Positions 55,952-64,000 of a stretch of DNA of 64,000 nt are shown here, piece after piece. The translations under genes and the position numbers were made by a program. The DNA is taken from assembly GCA_023898465.1 (NCBI GenBank), contig CP060223.1, positions 896,001-960,000 of the forward strand. The letters are read 5' to 3'. Under the pieces are notes generated by a model. That model was not told the origin of the DNA. It saw nothing but the letters and a program-made list of their open reading frames with translations, and did not search any database. Position 1 is the first letter of the stretch. Each line of letters begins with the position of its first letter. Source of the DNA: Candidatus Nomurabacteria bacterium (GTDB lineage: Bacteria > Patescibacteriota > Patescibacteriia > HK-STAS-PATE-3).

Positions 55952-56470
55952 TCACCAGCCATCCATAGTGGTTGACTGGTAATGGAAGTTGCGCTCCTCG
56001 ATCATGCCGGGATCAACGAGACGATCTCCATAGTAACGCCAGTAGTAAGCCCAGCGTCTCATATCGTCGAAGCTCAGACGCCTCCCAGTACAAGAGAGAC
56101 ATAGGTCACCGGCCTCCAAGGTGCGGCAACGCAAATCCCAGTAGAGAGAACCCTCCGTATCGAGTGGGTATTGACGCCACTGACCCCTGCACCAAGCAAG
56201 AGCGTCGCGCAGATCACGGTCATTGCGCTGATGCCACTCCTGCACCAACTCAGCTTGGAACTCGGGCTCGAGGGTCACTCCCTGGGAAAGAGTGATGAGA
56301 AGATTCTGGGCGCTCCGATCTCCGCCGGCCTGACCCTGAATCGTTCTCCAGGGCTTGGCCTTCATAAACGCGAGGTCCCAGACCTTCTCTCGGTCGCTCC
56401 GAGCATCAGCCTGAGCTAATGTGGCGAAACCGAACAGCATCAACACTAGGACGGTAACCCGAATACGCAT
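55952..56470 (-). CDS. hypothetical secreted Trp/Arg-rich protein (172 aa), GC-rich
   Basis: SD AAGGAGGAG. Signal peptide MRIRVTVLVLMLFGFATLAQA/DA. Confidence 0.45.
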   Translation of the reverse strand: MRIRVTVLVLMLFGFATLAQADARSDREKVWDLAFMKAKPWRTIQGQAGGDRSAQNLLITLSQGVTLEPEFQAELVQEWHQRNDRDLRDALAWCRGQWRQYPLDTEGSLYWDLRCRTLEAGDLCLSCTGRRLSFDDMRRWAYYWRYYGDRLVDPGMIEERNFHYQSTTMDGW

Positions 56471-56518
56471 GCATCTCCTCCTTGTTTCATGTGCGGTTGT
56501 CGATGTACAGCTGCGTAC

Positions 56519-56547
56519 CGTATACTACGGGTAAGCAACCTTGTCAA
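56519..56547 (-). promoter_or_regulatory. candidate promoter of the 55952..56470 gene
   Basis: Minus strand TTGACA-17 nt-TATACG. Confidence 0.5.
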
Positions 56548-56586
56548 TCCTTATCCTTCGGAATTCAAGTTTATAACATTAGCATT

Positions 56587-56961
56587 ATGGGTAGTTTCAT
56601 CGAAATCAACGACACGCTCCAACTTACTACTGAGCAAGGCTTTCCCTCGGAGCTTACTTTAGAGAAACACTTGAAAAAGGCGTTCACTGTTGAGGATTTT
56701 AAAGACCAAGTCTTTGAATTTCACCACAAGCCGGACCTGCGGATCTACCACCTTAAACCTACTCGAGTATTTCTCGTTCATAACATTGATGGTAAGTGGT
56801 TGTATTGGGGCCACGCCATGATACTTGAAGAAACGCTCCACGCAGAAACGAAAACAACTTCCGGGAAATTTATCATCACAAAAATTTATTCACCCGAGCA
56901 CCAAAGAACAATGAGCACTATCGAAGTAAGCGAAGGCAAGGAGTATCCTTTTGATGAGTAA
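56587..56961 (+). CDS. hypothetical protein (124 aa)
   Basis: ATG at 56587 (MGSFIEINDT...). Overlaps the xth start by 8 nt. No motif recognised. Confidence 0.5.
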   Translation: MGSFIEINDTLQLTTEQGFPSELTLEKHLKKAFTVEDFKDQVFEFHHKPDLRIYHLKPTRVFLVHNIDGKWLYWGHAMILEETLHAETKTTSGKFIITKIYSPEHQRTMSTIEVSEGKEYPFDE

Positions 56962-57724
56962 ATCTCTAGTGCTGCAATCGTGGAACATTAACGGTATTCG
57001 GGCTGCAGTGCGTAAGGGCTTTACCGATTATCTCAAAAAAGAAAAACCTGATGTAATTGGTCTGCAGGAAATAAAAATAAGCGAAGAAGCGCGCTTGGCT
57101 ACTGAGTTTGATTTTGGAGGATATGTGGAGCATTGGCACTCAGCAAAAAAACCTGGATATTCCGGCACTGCGGTGTTGGTAAAAAACGGTATCGCACATA
57201 CAGCTCTGCCGAAACTAGCCTGGGACGACGAAGGACGAATTCAAGCCATCGATATGGGGAAGTATATTTTCCTTAATATCTACTTTCCTAATGCCAGTAA
57301 TGACGGCTTGAAGCGCCTAGCCTTTAAGATGCAGTGGAATGAAAAGCTGCTTAACTACCTCAAGCAACTTGAAAAGAAAAAACCACTTGTCATCACGGGT
57401 GACTATAATGTGGCACATGAAGAAATTGACCTAGCTCGACCGAAAGAAAATACCCAGAGCCCGGGCTTCACTCCTGAGGAGCGTACCTGGATGACGAAGT
57501 TTCTCAAAACAGGTTACGTTGATACTTGGCGTGAAGCCAATCCGAAGAAAGTACAATACACCTGGTGGAGTCAGCGCGGTGGCGCTCGCAGCCGAAATGT
57601 AGGCTGGAGGATTGACTACTTTTGTGTGAGTCAAAAATTCCTCAAACAAACAACTAAACCGGCTATCCTCGACCAAGTGATGGGCTCAGATCACTGTCCG
57701 GTTAGTTTAATAGTATCCTCATAG
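56954..57724 (+). CDS. xth: exodeoxyribonuclease III
   Basis: LQSWNINGIRA, GLQEIK, and a C-terminal GSDHCPV. Confidence 0.9.
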   Translation: MSKSLVLQSWNINGIRAAVRKGFTDYLKKEKPDVIGLQEIKISEEARLATEFDFGGYVEHWHSAKKPGYSGTAVLVKNGIAHTALPKLAWDDEGRIQAIDMGKYIFLNIYFPNASNDGLKRLAFKMQWNEKLLNYLKQLEKKKPLVITGDYNVAHEEIDLARPKENTQSPGFTPEERTWMTKFLKTGYVDTWREANPKKVQYTWWSQRGGARSRNVGWRIDYFCVSQKFLKQTTKPAILDQVMGSDHCPVSLIVSS

Positions 57725-57937
57725 CCGCTGCCTCCGGGCTTTGGCGATGATGAAGTAACGTTTATTCATCTCATATTCCATTGACATCTGCTTTGACTCA
57801 AGGTAATTCAGCTAACCATAGAAATACTGTGGTTAGCTCCTTGAAACAAGTCGAATTTGGAGTACTGCAACGCCTGCAGACAGCCAAAATCGACGCTTCC
57901 ATTAGCGTGACACTGAGCACGTTAAGTGGAGGTTATC

Positions 57938-58894
57938 ATGTCACGGCAAGAAACCTGTCCTCGATGTGTAAAGAAAAACGTTTACGGCGCTCCTCGCCTG
58001 AGAATCACCACTGGAATCACTTGGCTTTGTTACATTGCCTTGTTTACGGCGCTCCTCTGTCTCGCCATTTTCCTGGGAGAGCCAAGCTCTTTCAAGAAGA
58101 GCATTGTGCTCATGTTCATCATCGTTAACGCGGCAACTCTGCTAGGCGCCGCTCACGACCTCCTGATACCCAAGCGGGTTTGGATATGGCGCGATAGAGG
58201 AGACAGTGTACATATTCACAAGGAAGCTCCAACGCTTCCCGACTTCGACTTCTGTGGATTCAAACATCCACTCGTTATGGCCTGGATCAACCGGCCGTGG
58301 CGTCGAGCTGACCTAAGTTGGGGTGCTGACACCTCGGGCATGTGTCTTCCTGAAGTCACTATGTCTTGGACACGCAAACGTCCATACTTCATCGTCACCT
58401 ACCACCAGCTTGGGACGATAACGCAGACTATCCGGATTCGGATAACTGAACCATCCACCATGCTCGACACCCTGAACTGGATTCGCTTCGCACCCAACCC
58501 TTTCAACTTTCAGGCGCACCTCGAGTCGCTAGATAATGAGAGGAGAGTCTCCCATACACTACACGAGCAAACAGAGTGGCTTACCTGGCTCAATGAACTC
58601 GTGTGCGCGCTGTACGTGGCTACCGAGCGACGGCGTACCTCGCTTGGCCAATCTCCTCATGGTCAGTTTGTTCACGCTTATCTCGGCCACCTGCTTGGCT
58701 TCATGCGAGTCCACAACATAACAGGAAGGGAAAGCCCAAACCATGCGGTCCGGGTAGAGGATGAGGCAACACAGATCGCCGACACCATCGCGTCAGCTAA
58801 GCAGGAGGGGGGTAAACACTGGGCAGAACGAGCTGCGGACAAGGTTTGGGAAAACCGAAATCGAGCAGCGCTTGAACCCGTCACTGAGTCGTGA
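57938..58894 (+). CDS. hypothetical 2-TM protein with large cytoplasmic domain (318 aa), GC-rich
   Basis: SD GTGGAGGT. N-terminal CPRC, then two TM helices, then KRVWIWRDRGDSVHI. Confidence 0.5.
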   Translation: MSRQETCPRCVKKNVYGAPRLRITTGITWLCYIALFTALLCLAIFLGEPSSFKKSIVLMFIIVNAATLLGAAHDLLIPKRVWIWRDRGDSVHIHKEAPTLPDFDFCGFKHPLVMAWINRPWRRADLSWGADTSGMCLPEVTMSWTRKRPYFIVTYHQLGTITQTIRIRITEPSTMLDTLNWIRFAPNPFNFQAHLESLDNERRVSHTLHEQTEWLTWLNELVCALYVATERRRTSLGQSPHGQFVHAYLGHLLGFMRVHNITGRESPNHAVRVEDEATQIADTIASAKQEGGKHWAERAADKVWENRNRAALEPVTES

Positions 58895-58935
58895 CAATTC
58901 TACGCGCCCTGATCTCTAGGAGATTGGGGCGCTTT
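58891..58935 (+). terminator. 45-nt repeat/terminator, copy 1
   Basis: 13-bp hairpin gcgccctgatctc-tag-gagattggggcgc followed by ttttt. 44 of 45 nt identical to 59944-59988. Confidence 0.8.
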
Positions 58936-59100
58936 TTACATTGACGAAATTTTCTGCGCTTGCTAGCGTGAGTCCGCATGAGGAAATGCCTCACGTAAGC
59001 TCTTTACAATAGAGCAATCCTGTAACAAGCCGACGCAAGTAAGGCAATTTGCATCCGCTTGTTTCCCGCCTTGAAAAATCAGGGCCGGTAAGGAGTAAAA

Positions 59101-59931
59101 ATGACCTGCGCGAAAGAATCTACCAAAGAGTTGGATCTCACCAACTACCTACCTCTTCCCAGGGGCGGCTTGCGATGGACGGTCTCCACGCTATGCTTTT
59201 CCCTTGCTGCTTTTCTGGGACTCTTCTTGCTCTTCAAAATGGCCGTCAATAGTGAGGGGCTATGGTGGTCACGCCTGTTCTACGGCTGCCTGATTATCGC
59301 CATCTTAGTCTCACTACTTGGATTTTTTGGCTTGAAGCTACTCCGATTCAACTATGCGTATTGGAGAAGAAATGTGAGGGGTTACTACATCTCCTATCCG
59401 CAAATGGATCGAGTGTACTATCGTGGCGAGCGGGCCAAGGAAAGCTTGGCACTCGTAGAGATGCACCTAGCTCTGGGCGGTTGGCGCCATCAACTTGGGA
59501 GCTTTCATCGAGGCTTTGTGGTTACCTCGCGAGACACTTCCGCGGACTCCATCTTTTGGTATGGAGTAAAAATCGTTCAACAATCACCACAACCTTCAGG
59601 GCTTCGCGTGATCGTCTACAGTCACCGGAAAAAGGAACAAACACCACCAATGAGCCTACGGCATGCCAGCGTGCTTATCGGTAAGTTATGCCGCAACCAG
59701 AGCTCCTTGGAACTTGAGTTTGCAACCTTTCTCACCAGTGAAGATGGGCTCGTTAACGCCTGTATTCGCTTGCTTGAACGGATAAAGACAACCTCGCGCT
59801 TATCCTCTACACAAGAAGGTAGGGCCTTTGCTCGAGATCTTGCAACTGCGGCACTCAGTCACTCCATTCGTGGAACTCGGGAACACCGAGAACTTGTGGA
59901 TCTGCAAGAATACTGGGGTCGAACCAGGTAG
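59101..59931 (+). CDS. hypothetical 2-TM protein, divergent paralog of 57938..58894 (276 aa), GC-rich
   Basis: SD TAAGGAGT. Two TM helices, then FNYAYWRRNVRGYYI. The C-terminal stretch GLVNACIRLLERIKTTSRLS compares with ELVCALYVATERRRTSLGQS in the upstream gene. Confidence 0.5.
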   Translation: MTCAKESTKELDLTNYLPLPRGGLRWTVSTLCFSLAAFLGLFLLFKMAVNSEGLWWSRLFYGCLIIAILVSLLGFFGLKLLRFNYAYWRRNVRGYYISYPQMDRVYYRGERAKESLALVEMHLALGGWRHQLGSFHRGFVVTSRDTSADSIFWYGVKIVQQSPQPSGLRVIVYSHRKKEQTPPMSLRHASVLIGKLCRNQSSLELEFATFLTSEDGLVNACIRLLERIKTTSRLSSTQEGRAFARDLATAALSHSIRGTREHRELVDLQEYWGRTR

Positions 59932-59943
59932 ACTCACTTCTCA

Positions 59944-59988
59944 GTGACAATCCTACGCGCCCTGATCTCTAGGAGATTGGGGCGCTTT
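59944..59988 (+). terminator. 45-nt repeat/terminator, copy 2 (abuts the convergent tyrS stop)
   Basis: Same 13-bp hairpin followed by ttt. Confidence 0.75.
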
Positions 59989-61180
59989 ACTTTATCTGCA
60001 CAAACCGTCGCTTCCCAACCTGAAGCAAGGGTGCCTTTTTTGCATCCAATTCCTTTGCGCCATCTTTCTCTACCTTGCCATCAATACGGACCGCTCCTTG
60101 CTCAAGCATGCGACGTCCTTCTGACTTTGATGGCACCAACTTTGCGCTGACTAAAATTTCTAACAGCGTGCTTTTTTGCTTCAGGCTGAACTCTGGCACC
60201 TCGTCTGGAGTGGCACCTTTTTGAAATACATTTTGAAATTCAGTTGCCGCCTTATCCGCATCGTTTAAGGAATGATATTGTGCAACCAGAGTATGGGCCA
60301 GCTTTGCTTTGACGTCGCGGGGATTATGGCCTGACTTCAAGCCTTGCGCCATTTCCTCGATCTCGGATAATGGTAAACGACTTAGTAAGGTAAAAAACGT
60401 AACAATCTGCTCGTCAGGAATACGCATGAGCTTGCCATACATATCTTTAGGCGTGTCAGAGAGCAATATTGCGTTGCCATAACTCTGACTCATCTTGCGC
60501 TTCCCGTCAGTACCGACGAGCAAGGGCATAATTACTAAATCTTGCGGAGACTGTTTTGCAGCCTCTTGAAGTGGGCGCGCCTGCAGCTCGTTAAATGTTT
60601 GATCACGACCAATCACTGTCACGTCAGCTTTCAACATTACCGAATCATAACCCTGCAAAAGGGGGTAGGTAATTTCGTGCAATCCAATCTCTTTGCCCTC
60701 TTTCATGCGTTGCTGAAACATGTCCCGCTCAAGCATGCGCTGGACGCTCACCTGAGAGAGTAAGTGAAGAAAATCCTCGGCTGACATTTTATCGTACCAC
60801 TCAGCATTTGAACGTACTTCAACCTTCTTAATATCAAGTATTTTACCTAACTGTGTAACATATTTCTTGGCCAGGCGATGTACTTCTGCGGCCGAACGAA
60901 GCGCTCGACGCTCAGCTCGATCAGTTGGATCACCGAAACGGGCCGTAAAACCACCGATTAGGAACTGGATAGTGTGACCTGCTTCTTGAAATTGGCGCAA
61001 CTTTTCATAAATAACTGCGTGACCCAAATGGAGGTCGGCAGTGGTCGGATCAACTCCGTGCTTAATCTTTAGCTTCTTGCCTGAGGCTAGCTTCTTCTCT
61101 AAGGATGCTCGAACTACGACCTCCGCAACGCCTCGGTCAAGTAAATCGCTTCTCATTGATTGGGCCTGTTTTTTCGCCAT
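59987..61180 (-). CDS. tyrS: tyrosine--tRNA ligase
   Basis: DPTTADLHLGHAV (HIGH), KMSQS (KMSKS), and a C-terminal S4 domain. Confidence 0.95.
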   Translation of the reverse strand: MAKKQAQSMRSDLLDRGVAEVVVRASLEKKLASGKKLKIKHGVDPTTADLHLGHAVIYEKLRQFQEAGHTIQFLIGGFTARFGDPTDRAERRALRSAAEVHRLAKKYVTQLGKILDIKKVEVRSNAEWYDKMSAEDFLHLLSQVSVQRMLERDMFQQRMKEGKEIGLHEITYPLLQGYDSVMLKADVTVIGRDQTFNELQARPLQEAAKQSPQDLVIMPLLVGTDGKRKMSQSYGNAILLSDTPKDMYGKLMRIPDEQIVTFFTLLSRLPLSEIEEMAQGLKSGHNPRDVKAKLAHTLVAQYHSLNDADKAATEFQNVFQKGATPDEVPEFSLKQKSTLLEILVSAKLVPSKSEGRRMLEQGAVRIDGKVEKDGAKELDAKKAPLLQVGKRRFVQIK

Positions 61181-61263
61181 AAGAACAGTTGAAAGTATAG
61201 CAAAAAAATGCTAAGATAAGAACTGCTTCGGGGCGCATACTCGGCCCCGCTTCTCTACAACGA

Positions 61264-64000
61264 ATGCCTATCCCTACTCTCACCCCACGCTCTCGTAATA
61301 GTGCGGCTACCTGGCGCAGTGCTAAAAATATGCCGGGATCTGAGCGACCTCGCAAATCTCGCCCCATATGGAAACGGCGGGAATTTTGGGTGCGTCGCGC
61401 GCTTCCTGTTGCTGCCGGACTTTTTCTGATTGGCGTGCTAGGAGTGGTGGGATTATTTGCCTGGTACTCACGCGACCTGCCTGACCCAAACGGTATAGTC
61501 GATCGTTCAGTTGCGCAAAGCACTAAAATATATGCTCGCGACGGGGAAACTCTACTCTACGAGGTGCACGGCGAAGAACGTCGCACTGTTGTTGAGTTAG
61601 AAAAAATTCCATTTAACTTACAAAAAGCCACCATTGCCATTGAGGATAAAGATTTTTACAAGCACGGCGGCATTGATTTTCGTGGACTCTTCCGGGCTGT
61701 CTTTACAAACATTATTAATCTCGACGTAACGGGTCAGGGCGGTTCAACTATCACCCAGCAGTTTGTAAAAAACGCCATCCTTACTACTGAGAAGAGCTAC
61801 GTTCGAAAAATTAAAGAGGCGGTGCTGGCCTATCAAATTGAGAAACGCTTTACAAAAGATCAGATATTAAAGCTGTACTTCAATGAAATTCCCTATGGTC
61901 GTAATGCTTATGGCGCCGAAGCTGCCGCGCAGGTATATTTTGGCAAATCAGTCAGCGAGGTGAGTCTAGATGAAGCAGCGCTCTTAGCCGCCCTCCCTCA
62001 GGCTCCGTCCTACTACTCGCCTGATGGTAATCATGTTGATCTACTTGAAGGTCGGCAAGGTCGCGTCCTGCAAAACATGGCTGACCAGGGCTACATTACT
62101 CAAGAAGAAGCTGACGCAGCAAAAGAAGAGGACACGGTGGCGAAAATAATTCCACGCCGAGAAGTGATTAAAGCGCCGCACTTTGTTATCTATGTAAAAG
62201 AGCTACTCACTGAAAAATACGGCGAGAAGCAGATAGAGCAAGGGGGATTGCGAGTCATCACCACACTCGAGCCAAATCTGCAGCAAATGGCTGAGGATGC
62301 GGTGAGTAATGGTATGGCAAAAGTGGAGCGCTACGGTGGATCAAATGCGGCCCTGGTATCCCTAAACCCACAAACCGGCCAAATACTCGCTATGGTTGGC
62401 TCGCGCGACTACTTTGATGCCGAACATGATGGGAACGTAAACGTGGCCCTTAGACCACGTCAGCCTGGTTCCTCTTTTAAACCCATAGTCTATGCTCAGG
62501 CTTTTCGGGAGGGCTACACTCCGGAAACTATTTTATTTGACCTGATTACTAACTTTGGTGGCACACCAAACTATATTCCACAAAACTACAACGGCCGAGA
62601 AAATGGTCCAGTCACTATGCGTAAGGCTTTAGCTGGTTCTCTTAATGTCCCAGCAGTAAAAACACTTTATTTGGTTGGCGTAAATGATGCAGTGAATTTA
62701 GCAAAGAGCCTCGGCTACACCACACTGAATGATCCTGACCGCTATGGACTCTCGCTCACCTTAGGGGGCGGAGAAGTGAAGCTCTTAGAGCACACGGCTG
62801 CCTTTGGTGTTTTTGCAAATGAGGGCGTACGACAATCTACTGTTGCCATACTCCGAGTCGAAGATCGAAATGGAAAGATCTTAGAAGAAACAAACGAGGG
62901 TGAAGGAGAGCGCGTCTTGGATCAAAATGTTGCTCGCGAAATTTCCAGCGTACTCTCTGATAATGGAGCCCGGGCATATATTTTTGGCACGCAAAACTCC
63001 CTTATTCTGTCTGGTCGACCAGTTGCCGCAAAAACTGGTACTACAAATGATTTCCGAGATGCCTGGACCATGGGCTACACTCCTAACCTGGTTACCGGGG
63101 TATGGACAGGGAACAATGATAACTCTGAAATGAGCACCGGCGCTGATGGGTCAGTTATTGCGGCTCCGATTTGGAAAAGCTTTATGCAAGCAGCCACGGC
63201 CGGCGCTCCAGTGGTAAATTTCACCGCACCAAAGCCCAATGATGCAGAAAAACCAATACTCCAAGGTCGTTTAAGCTCTGGGGAAACCTTAACAGTAGAT
63301 ACGATCACTGGTAAGGAAATCCCAAGTGAGTGTGTAGATGAATGGCCCGAGGAGTTTAAGAAGCAGAAAGAATTAGAGCAGGTGCACACTATCCTTTATT
63401 TTGTGAATAAAGATAATCCCCGTGGACCAGTTCCTGATAACCCAGCCAGCGACCCTCAATTCACTCGTTGGGAAGAACCGGTCCGACGCTGGGCCGAAGA
63501 AAACGACAAGTTGGTCGATCGTCCAGCCAAGGAGGATTGTGATCTTCGAACAATAGCAAACACTCCAAAGGTAACAATTACTTCACCTGCGTCTGGAAGT
63601 ACTATTACGGGGAACAGTGTCTCGGTAAGCGCTACGGTGGACGCGACGCGCGCTATTACACTTACAAAATTCGTTATTGACGGGGTGGAAATAACCGAAG
63701 ACACAACCGCGCCTTTCCAAGCCTCGCTCGATGTGAGTGATCTTGAAAATGGTTATCATAAGTTAAAGGTTATTGCCTACGATACTGTTGAACAAGCAGG
63801 GTCTCAAACAATTGACGTAATTATTCAACACGAAAGCTCTGGCACAAGCATTTACTTCACTGCCCCAGTACCCGGCAGTCGTCATGCAATAAGCGATGGG
63901 GCGATATCAATTAGCGTTGTAGCCCAAAGCGCGATTGGTATTGATTCAGTAAAAGTAAATATCACCGACGCGAATGGTGTAGTCACAAAACTTTCCACTT
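61264..64000 (+). CDS. class A penicillin-binding protein (GT51 transglycosylase plus transpeptidase) with C-terminal Ig-like repeats; continues past window end
   Basis: Own translation from ATG 61264. TM anchor, then IAIEDKDFYKHGGID and GGSTITQQ (GT51). Then QPGSSFKP, SLN, and KTGTTND (transpeptidase). Absent from the ORF track because no stop occurs before 64000. Confidence 0.9.
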   Translation, partial: MPIPTLTPRSRNSAATWRSAKNMPGSERPRKSRPIWKRREFWVRRALPVAAGLFLIGVLGVVGLFAWYSRDLPDPNGIVDRSVAQSTKIYARDGETLLYEVHGEERRTVVELEKIPFNLQKATIAIEDKDFYKHGGIDFRGLFRAVFTNIINLDVTGQGGSTITQQFVKNAILTTEKSYVRKIKEAVLAYQIEKRFTKDQILKLYFNEIPYGRNAYGAEAAAQVYFGKSVSEVSLDEAALLAALPQAPSYYSPDGNHVDLLEGRQGRVLQNMADQGYITQEEADAAKEEDTVAKIIPRREVIKAPHFVIYVKELLTEKYGEKQIEQGGLRVITTLEPNLQQMAEDAVSNGMAKVERYGGSNAALVSLNPQTGQILAMVGSRDYFDAEHDGNVNVALRPRQPGSSFKPIVYAQAFREGYTPETILFDLITNFGGTPNYIPQNYNGRENGPVTMRKALAGSLNVPAVKTLYLVGVNDAVNLAKSLGYTTLNDPDRYGLSLTLGGGEVKLLEHTAAFGVFANEGVRQSTVAILRVEDRNGKILEETNEGEGERVLDQNVAREISSVLSDNGARAYIFGTQNSLILSGRPVAAKTGTTNDFRDAWTMGYTPNLVTGVWTGNNDNSEMSTGADGSVIAAPIWKSFMQAATAGAPVVNFTAPKPNDAEKPILQGRLSSGETLTVDTITGKEIPSECVDEWPEEFKKQKELEQVHTILYFVNKDNPRGPVPDNPASDPQFTRWEEPVRRWAEENDKLVDRPAKEDCDLRTIANTPKVTITSPASGSTITGNSVSVSATVDATRAITLTKFVIDGVEITEDTTAPFQASLDVSDLENGYHKLKVIAYDTVEQAGSQTIDVIIQHESSGTSIYFTAPVPGSRHAISDGAISISVVAQSAIGIDSVKVNITDANGVVTKLST

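Noticed and set aside
57781-58128. 115-aa plus-strand ORF starting at TTG
   Set aside because: It is out of frame with, and largely overlaps, the better-supported gene starting at 57938, which has a GGAGG SD. Its upstream part more likely belongs to a structured 5' UTR.
55196-59988. Repeated hairpin modules, considered as integron attC sites
   Set aside because: There is no GTTRRRY/RYYYAAC core-site pattern and no integron integrase or attI in the window. The cassettes carry their own promoters and SDs and are followed by T-runs, which fits ordinary intrinsic terminators better.
61181-61263. T-box or other riboswitch upstream of tyrS
   Set aside because: Only 83 nt separate tyrS from the divergent PBP gene, and a -10 box sits 13 nt from the tyrS ATG. 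This leaves no space for a T-box leader. The one hairpin (cggggc...gccccg) lies on the PBP side.
61137-61523. 128-aa minus-strand ORF
   Set aside because: It is antisense to the well-supported N-terminus of the class A PBP and overlaps the tyrS start region. The composition is R/G/P-rich antisense noise.
1-64000. Alternative genetic code (UGA recoding, as in some CPR lineages)
   Set aside because: Conserved genes terminate at TGA at their expected ends (for example cca at 22712-22714). No conserved gene is interrupted by an in-frame TGA.

Overview
This 64-kb chromosomal window comes from a small-genome bacterium. GC looks low-to-mid 40s percent by eye. The gene content resembles Patescibacteria/CPR; this placement is an inference, since no marker search was possible. 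That content includes many GT-C-type membrane glycosyltransferases, TrbC/VirB2-type mini-pilins, GH57 enzymes and compact overlapping operons. The standard genetic code applies, because TGA and TAA both terminate conserved genes. Housekeeping genes: rnc, nusB, rpmF, gyrA, rpsA, ftsH, cca, an RluA-family synthase, rplS, yebC-ruvC, xth, tyrS, and a class A PBP that runs off the 3' end. I folded 11 tRNA genes by hand: Ile-UAU, Val-GAC, Leu-GAG, Val-UAC, Ala-UGC, Ile-GAU, Leu-UAA, Ala-CGC, Ala-GGC and Arg-CCU, plus tRNA end fragments. Sugar and envelope metabolism dominates the window and falls into three groups. (1) A TrmB regulator, PFK, a PfkB kinase and two NDP-sugar pyrophosphorylases lie at 2-7 kb. 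(2) A surface locus at 31.6-45.1 kb holds galU, an orphan solute-binding protein, five tandem T4SS-pilin-like genes, DUF2079, and a translationally coupled operon of a polyprenol-P-mannose synthase with three GT-C membrane proteins, preceded by PGI/PMI. (3) An alpha-glucan cluster at 46.5-55.1 kb holds GH15-like, two glgA, two GH57, an APH-fold kinase and a GalT-like enzyme. The most unusual signals are four. First, the pilin-like array shows patchwork gene-conversion blocks and conserved C-terminal N-x-T tails beside a possible STT3/AglB-like protein. Second, at least six visibly GC-rich islets carry orphan genes, and two pairs of these genes share near-identical terminator repeats. Third, a GIY-YIG gene is bracketed by 17-nt direct repeats of the tRNA-Leu 5' end. 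Fourth, an unlisted Arc-like ORF is coupled to an SPFH gene with a double palindrome upstream. I found no rRNA, CRISPR array, integrase or transposase.
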